Below, one piece after another: positions 47,461 through 59,200 of a stretch of DNA of 64,000 nucleotides. The notes under the pieces are model-generated. The model did not search any database. It saw only the letters and a program-made list of their open reading frames with translations, and was not told where the DNA came from. Numbering within the stretch: position 1 is the stretch's first letter; every line of letters begins with the position of its first letter. The stretch comes from Hyphochytrium catenoides. Taxonomy: Eukaryota; Protista; Hyphochytriomycota. The translations under genes and the position numbers were made by a program. The DNA is taken from the NCBI GenBank assembly GCA_900088475.1, contig FLMG01002184.1, positions 62,001-126,000 on the forward strand, given 5' to 3'.

Positions 47461-48830
47461 ATGGTTAACTCTACGGAAGGTTGGCTTTGCTGATGCTAGA
47501 AGATCAGTCTCTAACAAACCGTATGAGTTGTAATTGAACTCGTTGACGTTGGCGCTTGTGCTGTCCTTTAACCGTAAGAAAGGTCTCTAACGTCTGAAAC
47601 AAGCCAGCCGCGAATAGAATCATGTCGTCGAAGTCTTCTGGACGGAGTAAGTTTCTCTCGCTCCAAAGCATAAAAGTGTGTCCACCCTTGTACTCTATGT
47701 TCATAATTTACTGCTAGACGCAACTTCACGATCTCATTCAGAAGCTCTCTGTAACTTTCCAAAGTCGGATTTTAAGAGAAGCCTCGTACATTTTGGGACC
47801 CCAAGCCCTTCGTGACACAAAGAAGAGAACTCTCTTTGTCCTTAACGAGACTACGTACACGAGTTGCTAGAAAGATTTATAACGATGAAGGACTGCAATC
47901 CAATGAAAAGAAAGATGGAACCACGACAACAGCTGTCTAAACAGATAATGAGGAGGATCTTGGCAGAGGTTTTATCGCAGGGCAGAAGAAGGTCTTATTT
48001 CACGCAGTCACCGGTACAAGACCAGATATGGCGCATGCAGTGGGAGTGCTCAGCCGTCACCTCACTAATCTTAGCAAGACTCATTGGAAAACGGTCAAGC
48101 GTGTATTAAAGTACCTCAAAAGCACTGCTTGCCTTAGTATCTGTATCGGGGCATTGGACTTTGACGGACTAGGGCTCCTTGGACTAGGGCTCCTTGCTTA
48201 TGCTGACGCTGATTAGGGCAACAGCTCTGGTGACCAGCCCTCCAACTCTGTTTATATCCTCAAGCTCTGTGGCGGACCCATCTCCTGGGAAAGCAAGAGA
48301 AAACCAACTGGGGCTCTATCAAACTGGCTCTAGCAACTACTTCTCAAGAAGACGGGCTCTATCAAATACTAAAGCAGATGGGACAAGACCCTATTTGGGT
48401 TCGTCAGCTGCTTGCCAATCTGGTTCTGAACAGCGCTCTTCCATTACATTTTCCACTACGTTGATGCAAGACAATCGTGGAGCCATCGCGTACTTACTCA
48501 GACCACATTCTGGTCTTCGGCAGTAGAGAAGAGTACGTCGACGAAGCAGAAAGACATGGCGACAGCCAATGTCCTGCGCCTTGGGCTTCTCGGCAGTGAA
48601 ACGGGGTCGCAGAGAAAAGCCGTCGGTTGAGGCCCTGGACGAGGCTCAACTATACCATGGTCCGGAGACGTATCAGCAACAGCGCACCTCTACGAACTGG
48701 ACAGGCGGTCCTTCCAAGCTTAAAAAGCTGCGAGCTTATGATCTGGCAACTGCCGAGTTTCTACTATCTTGTCATCTGTCTTAGGGACATCAAGACAGGC
48801 AAGTGGTGACGGGAGGGGGTGGACTCTCTA
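47461..48830. mobile_element. Degenerate Ty1/copia LTR retrotransposon fragments
   Basis: + strand RT/RNase H: RPDMAHAVGVLSRHL..THWKTVKRVLKYLKST, AYADAD*G, LCGGPISWESKRK, QDNRGAI, with stops and frameshifts. An RT-upstream-like PETYQQ..W segment lies at ~48660. A weak gag-like fragment lies on the - strand at ~47500-47760. Confidence 0.8.
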
Positions 48831-49384
48831 ATGGGGCGGTGTATGTAACCTCACTAAAGGCCTCACGACCCATACAGTCATAAATGGAGATAAAAGAAGC
48901 GATAGAGTGACCCATCGTAGCTGCAAACCTTTCTAATCACTACCGTAATGCCTCTCCCCGAGTGCCCTGGCTTTCCCATCACTATTTGAGAGGTAGTGCC
49001 AACAATAGCCAGGAGAGGTCAAGGGAGCAAACTCTGACAACATTTGTTTTCATGAGTAGGACGAAAGACAACATCAAGCTTTATTGGTGCTCAACAGAGA
49101 CAAGTTGGACGCAATGCTGCTGCAGCTGCGGCAAATGGTAGTTCTTCAGTCAATAAAGCAGTCATGACTCAGCCATCCTCTGGTTATTATGTTGGGAGTG
49201 GTCAACAAGGACAAGAGTGTCTTGGGTCGAGCCCCAGCCCAGCAGCAGCAGCAGAGCTGAGCTCGGCAGTCGTTGATGCAAAGGACATACTAACGGCGCT
49301 GCCGGTAACCGTTGCACAGTAGTACTGTACATGTGCCGCGTGCTGTACTGTGCACATCGTACAACACAGATTGTATGCTGCTTC

Positions 49385-52300
49385 ATGATGAGGACAAACG
49401 GGAAGAAAGATCGGGAGAAGGATCTTCTAGTTGAAGTGCGAATCAACGAAGGAAGTGTGTCTTTTGTTGACACCAGACCTTCAGTTTCCTTAGGTGGGAG
49501 GTAGGTTTGAGTCAGAAGAACAAAGCAAGCAGAAAGGAGGCGCCGTCCTGTGTCACCCATGCTTCTGATCGCTTCTTCTATCCGCGTCGATTGCATACAG
49601 GTTCGCGGACGGTAAAGCTACCTACGAGCCACCACCGGGACGTCGTTGAGTCAACTCCTTTGGACCTCTACGGAAAAGCAGTTGCTCTTCCCGCTCCTGC
49701 AGCATTCAGCCTTGCCAATAGCTTATTCTGCTACAGAGAACACTAGATTACCAGGTTATATACGGGACGAAGATATCGGGTATCGGCTGTGCAAAGCTGC
49801 TCCATTTGCCCTCGCCATGAAAGAGCTTCCAGTTTCCGAGGTTCGGAGGGACGGCCATAGCACTTGGAGTAACACCATCTCCTTGCGTCCAGTACTTGCA
49901 ACTTCGGACTCCTCGACAATCTTAACCCTGGAGGCGTTTGTGCCATGCCTCTTAATTGCTCTTATCGTATTCGAAGTTCGCAGGCATGCTCAATCACCGC
50001 TCTTAGGTGATAGGGTTGAAAGGTCGGATGAACTTGCTTCTTTATCCAAAATCATATGATTCTGTTCTAATCACCAGGGCAATCCGCAGAAGTGCACCTC
50101 GTGGACTTAGACGCAGACCCTGGCTTGGCTGGATTACGAATGTCTTGAGAGTCACGGACAATGAGTTCATGGATAGCGCTGGCCCAGATGCTTTGGTATT
50201 TATCAGGTTCCAGCATCTATTCCTGAAGCTATCAATCTATGGATGCATTGCGGGTCTTCCGCTAGGGCTAGGTTACCTCTTGAGTGATCACAATATTAGT
50301 GCGGTAAGCACGGTCTCGTATGACATTCTCCCTGGGTATGTTTGAGTGCTAACATAGACAGAGCACAGGCGGACTCCGTCAGCATCTTGGACTTAACCTC
50401 AATAGCCAATATTCCCCGGAGAGAGAATAGTGCTCTATGGTTGCCAGGCGTGGCCATGTGGGTCTTCACTTACTTTGTAGTACGGGCTCTAGAACAGGTG
50501 TGAGATACCAGCCTTGTTGCTCATTTGTAAACAAAGTTGCTGACAAAAAGATATGTACCATCCAGGAGTATCGAAGAGTAAGTTTGCGAACCTCTGGAAC
50601 GTTTCTAAACACTCACCTGCGCCGCTATGGTCTGGTAGTTTGCGAGGTTGAGACATCGATGGCTCCAGAGCCTGAGGCCCGAGAACTACACGGTGAGTGA
50701 TTCATCAACAGGCTGGCGTTTGCAAGCTTATGCATCTCTTGGGCAGGTCGTAGTTCGCGCAATCCCAGTTCCTTTGCGATCCAAATCCTCCCTGGCTGAG
50801 TATTGTCGAAGACTATTTCCGGAAGGTTTCTACAGGTCCGCATAACAAGACGCTAGTACCTTGGCACGTTCCTAACACTATCTCGCCCAGTGTCTCGGTG
50901 ATTAGAGAGGTTGAAGGGCTTGAAGAGCTCTTAACTGCACGAGAGGATTCTGTGAAGAAGCTTGAACGGGAATTGCGAAGGTTTGGCAAGTGTACTATAT
51001 CGTTAAGTCTTTCGCGGTTAAAACTCACCATCGAAGACAGGCCACACGGGACCGGAACCTGGAGGATCTGTAAGAGGGACAGGGTAATGGACCATGAGGT
51101 CTTTACCTGGCTAGATGCTGCCGCAGCTAATGGGCATGTGTAGGATATGTCTTTTCACTACCAAGAAACACTTCAGGATCTGGATCGTAAAGTACACGAG
51201 ATTGTCGAAAGACACAAAGCTCAAAGCGCTACCATTGAGAAGGCTATTGCACGACGGCTAGCTTCAGCAGAGTCTGAGAGGCCGATGAAAGAGATTTTAG
51301 ATAGCACTCCTGATGATGTTGATAGACAAGATGTTGGCTACGACCCCATCTTCAGCCTGAGTGATGCTCTTGAACAGCCACCCAAGCCCACTCTTGCGTC
51401 TGACCTATTCAACCTCCTGGGCACGAGCAATATAACTGCGGGTCAGTATATGTAGCTCTCTGTATGCACATGACGATTGCACTCAGCTTTCTCGAAAGCC
51501 TTCATCTCGTTTAAGAAGCTCCAAGATCTTGCGGTCATGCGGCAGTGTGTGCAATCACGCTTTCCCAGTGTATTTTTGGTCACTGAGGCTCCAGGCCCAG
51601 GCGACATTATCTGGAAAAACCTTTTGACCCCACCTGTACGAAGCAGGATTCGAAAATTACTGGCCTTCGCCTTGCTCCTAGTCCTGTAAGTACTCAGATA
51701 TACGAGTCTTCCTGGTAGACTCTAACCACGTTCATCAGGCTCCTGTTTTGGTCGATCCCCACGACGTTCATTGTCTCCTTCAGTAGGTCCAGGTCTCCCT
51801 AGATCTACCATTTCTCCGGGGCCTTACTGATCCCTTTTCAGCTTCCCCAGAAGCCCTACGGAAAGGATTGCCAGGGGTTGAACAGCTAATGGAGGATTAT
51901 CCGGTCTTCCGTCGTCTAGCACGAAGCCTTTCTCCGCTGGCTTTGCTTCTTTTCACAAGCTTGCTCCCTCCCTTATGCCTATGTGAGCCGAGACTCTGAT
52001 ATATCCCTGATACAATACACGATACTTACTGCGCCCTCGTAGTTCTTTCCAGGCATGAGAAACTTCTGTCGGAAAGTTGGATTCGCATCTCATGCTTTCA
52101 AAAGTTGTACGTCTTCCAGATGACTCAGATACTTCTGATCAAAACCGTGTCCGCTACCGTCTTCAGCACCGTTCTGTCAATCGTAGATCATCCTGCAGAT
52201 CTTGTAGCCATTTTGGCCGATAGTCTACCGAAGGTAGGATGGACATGATGTCCACATTATGGCATCTTTAACCTCGTTCGTGTTGCTGCAGCAAGCGTAC

Positions 52301-53157
52301 TTCTACCTCAACTTCGTTATCATCAAAACTTTTCTTGGCTTACCTGCTGAGCTACTCAAGGTACCTGGATGGGCACTCTTCACACTCTCCAGGGCCATTG
52401 GTAGGGAGAACAGGACTGCAGATGGATTACCAGCCTATCAGCGGCCCGGGAACGTCAAGTACGAGCAACATTATAACGAGTAAGTTGCGCAATGGATCCA
52501 CTATAAGCATGCTCAATTATGGCTAATACCCTCCGCAGCCAGTTGGTTGTCCTGACGATGCTGATGGTCTACGCTGTGCTTTCCCCTCTTATAGTTCCTC
52601 TGATAGCTCTATACTTCGGATTCTCTGCAATCCTATGGCGATATCAGGCTCTTCATGTGTACACCGCGAAGTATGAGAGTGGTGGTAAAATGTTCCCTTA
52701 TGTAAGGCTTTTCACTTGCATCAAACGAGGCTGCTTATTAGCTGACGCCGCAATGTCACAGGTCTTCAGAAGGATAGTTTGGGGTCTAATAATTGGTCAG
52801 ATTACCCTCTTTGGGGTGTTGGCCCTACACCACGCTTTTCTAGCGTCGCTCTTTGTGCTGCCTCTACCACTGGTGACCTGGGCCGTGACAGGGGCCTTAG
52901 ACTCAAACTACTCTAGAACAGCTGGAAATCTGCCCTTACATCTTGCCATTGCAGCTGACACAGAGAGGGAGATGAAAGGTAAGACTGTACAAAAACAAAA
53001 ATTTTGACCGATCGCTTGAAGATGGGTAAATGACGATGGTTTTACAGGGCTGAGCTTTGATTTTCTAAGCGACGCCTACATTCACCCGGCATTCCGAGGG
53101 ACAGAAAATGTGGAGACAAGGCTTACAAGTAGCAGTGACAACTCGAAGGTGTTATAG
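49385..53157 (+). CDS. OSCA/TMEM63 (CSC1-like) mechanosensitive cation channel; very intron-rich, start uncertain
   Basis: WLGWITNVL..AGPDALVFIRF; LTSIANIP; NYT-VVVRAIP; AFISF; EAPGPGDIIWKNL; FWSIPTTFI; YAVLSPLIVP; VYTAKYESGGKMFP; DAYIHPAF. Confidence 0.9.
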
Positions 53158-53257
53158 CGAGACTCACTCCTCCTGTTCTTATGCTAATGAGTTTAATACA
53201 TATCTTTTAGCCTACCAGCTTCAGTAGCTGTCGAATTTAACAGCTAATTCTGCCTGC

Positions 53258-56200
53258 CTAGAAAGTTACTCCCCCATGATCATCCATCTCCCCGGTCTGA
53301 CGGGAAGGGCTGTGCAATCTGCTATTGACTAGACTCTCGACCATACTGCTGAGATCATTAGCAAACGCTCTACCCGCTTCAATAGGTGCTGTTGCCTCAG
53401 TTGGAGTTGTCCCACCACCATCAGCTGTAGGAGTCAACGGTTGTCCCGGCGAGGCTAATGCAGAAACACCTGATCCTTCAATGATGCCATTAGGCCCTGC
53501 GCCTAGCCAACCTCCACCGCTTTGCGCCGCACGCTGAGCTTGCGTGGTATTGTCAGCATCAATGGCTTGGCAGTGCTTAATAGCGTATAGGAGCCTGTCC
53601 GTCATCACGTTCAACGAGGTATACATTGGAAGATCAATAGAGAAGAAGCATGTGTGTGCCACAGGCAAATAGGCATCCGGATTCGGGGCACTCTTTGGCA
53701 TCCCACTTATTTTGAAGTCCTGTGTGAAGTCCGAGGCATGTGCTGGAAGGCGCGAACGTCCCCAAACAAAGCGGAGGAAGAGGGATTTCTGCTCATCAGT
53801 AAATCTTTCCAATGCTTGCCAAAAGAGCTGGATGTGCGCATCAGTAGCTTGGCAGCCCTCACCATAAACTGTTCGACGCTTAAGCAGCTCAATGTCTACA
53901 GTTGGACGGCCACAAACCATCATCCTCAGCTCATCATGCTCAAACATTGAGAGGAGAGGGAAAGGCACTATGGTAGCTAAGCCTCTGGCAATTGCCTCAC
54001 AGGATGCCCGAAACTCTGTCATGCGAAATGCCCGGAGAAGGATGGCATAGTCGTCTTTGTTTTGCCATGTTACCCTCATCTCAGCCCCTCCTGGGAAAAG
54101 TTCCACTTCCTGCCCAGTGGCCGAGATCGCTGTGAACATGGTGTCAATAGCATCTAGGAAGTTCTCTTCTGTCATACCGCTATCTTCCAGTGATCCGATT
54201 GTGTTAACCAGCTTAAAGGAACCCTCATCGATCTCTTCGATATCGTCCTCCAGTAAAACGTCCCCTACTAATGGCTTCCATACCATGGCGGGTAGATTGA
54301 GGTCTAAAGGGGTCTTGCTCCTTATAGCCATTCCCATGAGCTTGCCAACGAACTCCAACATGGAAATAATGGCAGGGTCCCCGGCTGCAGCCGGGTTAGG
54401 AACGAAAGCACCTTGGTTTCTGCCCAAACCCTGGCGGGTGTTGGGGGTTTCAATAAAGATAGGTAAAAGTTTAGATTGCAGTTCGGTTGAAAGTTCTGCC
54501 ATCGTCTCGCGGAAGAGCCCTCCAAAGTCATCGCCATATTCTCCTAAGAACTGGCACTTGAAGGATCGATCAGATCCGCGCAGAAGGGAAGGCTGCAAGT
54601 GGTGTAATTGGTTGAAACACTGGGAAAAGATGGTACTACCATACATGTCGCCCTGCGATATAGTATCTCGAGTCTCGCTTTCGCGTAGATTGTGTGCACG
54701 ATGTCGATCAATTTCGACCTCAGGTCGAGAGGAAGCTGGGGCTTCTCTGTCCTTTAATATGGTCTCCCACCACGATACCTTCACATCGTGAAATATTAAC
54801 GTTTTCAACCTCTTAATTCCGGACCCCAACAAACTCCATCGGTCCCCGACTGTAAAGTCGACCATCGGAAGCACCTGCTGCAGACGCCTGTTGAAGTTAC
54901 GTATTACTACAAAACGGGCACCGATCTCCTCCAAAGAGAATTTTGCCAGCGCCGAATAATTGCTGACTAATGTTGTCAGACTGGCAACTAACTCCTCTGG
55001 CGACAACCGCAAGGGATCGAGATCTACGGCTCCGGGTAACCGGTTCGCGCACATGCCATTCACCAAAGCAACGATGGCCTGATCTTGCTCTATGGTGAAT
55101 TGTGCTTGAAGGCGTTGCATCGCCTCCAAAGAACTGCGATGGCTGGATGCGAGTATACGCCTCGCGGTATGGGAGAATTCAGGAATGACACTAAACGCGA
55201 TACCCCACTTGTTGGTCAAGAGCAAATCTTGAGAGTTCTTTTGATTACCTTCGGCGGCGGCCTGGTCCCGGGAAACTCGCATCTGCGTACGAGCTTTGGC
55301 CACCTCCATTCGTCTAGAGAGTTCTTCTCGTTCTTCGGCCACCATAGTCTCAATCATATCTGCGTTGGTCAAGATAAACTCCACAGCCCGGGTGGGATCG
55401 TCATCGCTATTACGAAGTGCAAAGATGCAGCTGTCGAGACTAAAGCCCAGAGCTGATAACTCCATTGCTAAGGTCTTACGATGAGGCGGAATCTCGAGTT
55501 CTGCCAAGAGCTCAGTGTCGCCGAGGCTTTCAGAGTCGTTAAGACTGATGCTCTCACTGCTTGAACCCGACGCCGTTGAGCCATCCTCCACCCGATGACC
55601 AGACACTAATTCTATACAGTCCTTTTGATTGTAGAGTGCGAAACCCGGGTAGAGTGCACCTTCCAGCTTAGGGCCGACACCACCTGGACCGAAAGCAACG
55701 CCGAAGTCCTTCCCGTTTAAGGCAAACGAAAGAGTACCCTGGACTAAGTCCAGAGTCATTCGGACCAGATCTCCACTTTTAAACTTCTCTCCATATGCCC
55801 CACGATGTTTTGTTCCATTGTGCCAAAGTGCTTTGTTCCCGATCCAGCCCCATCCTTTACTGTCCTTGCCCAGATATGAATCGAGACGAATGTCTTTCCG
55901 TCCTACTCCAACGAAGATGTTGGCGCTGGAGGTAACGGAGACTATTCTTATCTCCCAAACGTGGATGCCTGTTTCGAACCGGGCCATCCCAAGGCAGGCT
56001 TGCCATCCCTTATCCCTTGTAAGGCCTGCTCTCATATCTCCTGCTTCTAATCTCACAAAGGGCCCTTTGCGGCCCCTATCAAACCGGCACTGGAAGTGGT
56101 TTGGAGATGGGAACCTCCATGTAAAGGAGTTACCTGGGACTGTAACTTCCTGACCACCACAAAGTCCAGTGAAAGCTCTCAATTCTGAGCCTACGGATCT

Positions 56201-59200
56201 CGCATCGTCTTGAGAAGCACTCAGCCCTTGCAAAATTTGCAGGCAATGCGCAGCATGAGTTTCAGACTGCGGTGCAAGCCTTATTCTTAGAGCTGTGGCC
56301 AGCGGCACCAACACTTTACCCTCTAAGCGGGATAACGTGTAGGGATGCCCGCTTTCAATGTACTTGCATTCGTCTGCAGCGATGGTGGAGAGGAATGTAT
56401 CGGCAGCTAACAAAAACTCCTCTGGAAGCCTCCTAGGAATTAGAGTCTCTACATCGTCACCCTGACCCAGATAAGTTGGCACACTAAGCGCGTTGATGAT
56501 TTGCATTACTTCGTAGGCAGAGTTAAACCAGTCAATGCCTTCGAAAAGATTACTCCAATCAGGACCACATAGGTCCAACATGAACCCGTCTACGGTCCCT
56601 GAGGAGGACCCCATGCCAAAGTTCAGCTTTACAGTAGTGCCTCGCTGAAGGCTGATGACTGGACAAAGATTTTCGGGATTCAGGACAGACATGAAAAGGA
56701 TGCCAACCAGGTTGCCATTTAAAGAATAAAAGATCTCCCCAGTGTCAAGTCGAAGTCCACAACCAATAGTATCACCGACTGTCGCCATCGGCATACCATC
56801 CGGCAACGGACACATCTCCGCCCGAGGGGTAGTGGTTAGTAGTTTACAGTCTCCCACGTCATAACCGTATGTATGACCAGTCTCACCCATCACTACCGAC
56901 TCCTGCGGGGCGATAAAAAGAAGCAGTCACCCAAACATATTAGGACTGAGCGTGGACAGTAACGTTTAAGGGTTACACATGTACGTACCACGGCGGCCAT
57001 TCTAGGTCCATAGCCCACGATTAAGCCCTCGATCTTTGAGCTCTTTTCAACGGCAGTAATTTGGAGCTCATAGTATAGCAGGGTAGCTGCAGGTTTGATT
57101 TGACTCACCAAGCCCACGTTAATAGTCTTGGTGGTTTTGCATCGAATGATGCCACTGGGCCTTTCTGGTTGGGTTACAAGCTGACTTGGCAGCCATTCGC
57201 TTACTAGTGCTTCCTTAGCCCTTGACACATTCGTTTCTCTTAGAGGAGATGTGCGAAGGCCCTGGGTGCAATCCGGTTCGCGCTGGCAGCTTCTAAGGTC
57301 CGTAGACCAGTTTGCCCGGTAGGGTAGCCGCATCTGTTTCCCAGAGCCCAATGGGTCAACTTCAGGGAGGTATCCTGTTGTTAGTTGTTCATTTTCGTGA
57401 ACCACAAGGAGAAGTTCTATTAGGCCTTGGAGGACTGCACTCATCATCATGCGGTCCTTTTGTAGCTTGAACTGTCGAAGCATCTCTCCTCTGAACGCGA
57501 CAATGCTAGCTTTACATATGTTAGTTCTTGTTCGCCGCAAAAGCACAGTCAATGTCCGTATCAAGTCAATACGATTGTGATCATGCTCGGCAACTTCAAA
57601 TGCCTTAGTGCTCACGGAGAGTAAGGCATCGCATAGGGACGGATGAAAGATGGTCTTTGAGGCTGTGTCACATGTTGATACCTGTTCCTCCACATCAAGC
57701 AGGACTTTAATCAACCGAATGGCCCCTACCGTAGCACTTTCACCACAAAGCATTTGATCTTCCTCACTAAACGTCAGACTGAAAGTCGGTAGGGAAGCAG
57801 TCACGCCATTATCTCCGACTTTTCGGCAACTAACGAAGGAGGGACTGCTTTGTCCTTGTGCAGACACCCAAAGAGAAAGAGCATCATACGCGACACCCGT
57901 CAAAGGTGCTGTCGACTCCTGGGAGGCTAGGCTTAAGCCTTGGGACGTCGGATCTACTTGGCCATGTGCATACTGCACGTAGGATGACCATACGCAAGCA
58001 CTTGGCATTAGCACCTCAGCTAATGAAGCTTTAAGACAACGCAAGCTATTTAGAGGCGGTGGCTGGGTTCCCGTTTTGGTAACGTGGATGCAACCCAAAG
58101 GCACATATCCATCTGGAGCTACAGGAATCCAAAGCATATATTGTTGAGCAGACTCTCCCGGTTTGTCCGAAAACCCAGTGGTCAGAGGTATGCATTTGTA
58201 CTCTCTTGGGACGGTAAGTATGCCTGATCCATCATCACGAATAAGAACTGAGGGTGAGGAAGGGGGCTGAGCCATATCTTCGGTCGTCAGAATAATGTCC
58301 TCTAAAGGAAACCACTCCTCGGGAGCAAACCACTGTCCTGGCTGGTTAACAGACGGCCGCCAAATGGTCGTCATCGTTGGCTTCTGTACCCCTTTATCTC
58401 GAATAAATTCTAAGCCGTGTGCGCCAATCTTTATCTGGTCATTGAACCACCGCCATCTGTGCTCACGCATAGGGTTCGCAGCAGGTAAGGTCGCCATGTG
58501 AATATAGGAGTTGACGAAGATGCACTCCACACCGGAGGATAACAGGACCGGGTGCTGAAGATGGGCTTGTGCGTCGAATTGGGGTTGATGCAAAAACCAA
58601 CGTTCATTAGAACTAAAGTCCGGCTACGCTTTCCAACGATTGTAGCTTACCTTTGGCACATTGCTTGGAAAAATACTGGATTCCAGCCGCACACAGGTTT
58701 TGCAGGGTTTCTACAAAGAGAGCTTGTCCGGCGCATCCACTGCCCTCCAAACTCGTAGCTGAGGCCTCCTCCTTCAAGTGGAGGACCAGCAGTTCAAAGA
58801 GTGCTTTGGCAGGATCCTCCAATCTCTCGTAAGGCCCATTTGGGAAAGAGAGGCTCAATGGTACACCACGTTCTGCAAAATCTTCCCTTTGAGTGGATCG
58901 ATGACGTAGTGCACTAGCCACTAGAAATTTCTCATACTGCTCGAGGATCTCCTCATCGGCATAGCGGACCTGGGGCCACGGGTTTGTGCATATGGACCCT
59001 GGATTCGACCACGGTTGAAGCAGCCGACGCAGGACAGATTTGCTCCCTGTTACAGTACGTAATCAGAAAGGCGACAAAATTTGTTCCGCGCTATTCAAAA
59101 TTCAGGGCTAAATCAACCTCCACGTATCCTTACCTTGGTTATAGAGGAAGGTGGAGCCAGTGCCTGAGATCGGTCTTTCACTTTGGTTTGATGCAGATGC

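Noticed and set aside
50981-51040. Possible GC-AG intron in OSCA (G|GCAAGT at 50986)
   Set aside because: A canonical GT-AG intron 50981-51040 or simple read-through keeps the frame equally well.
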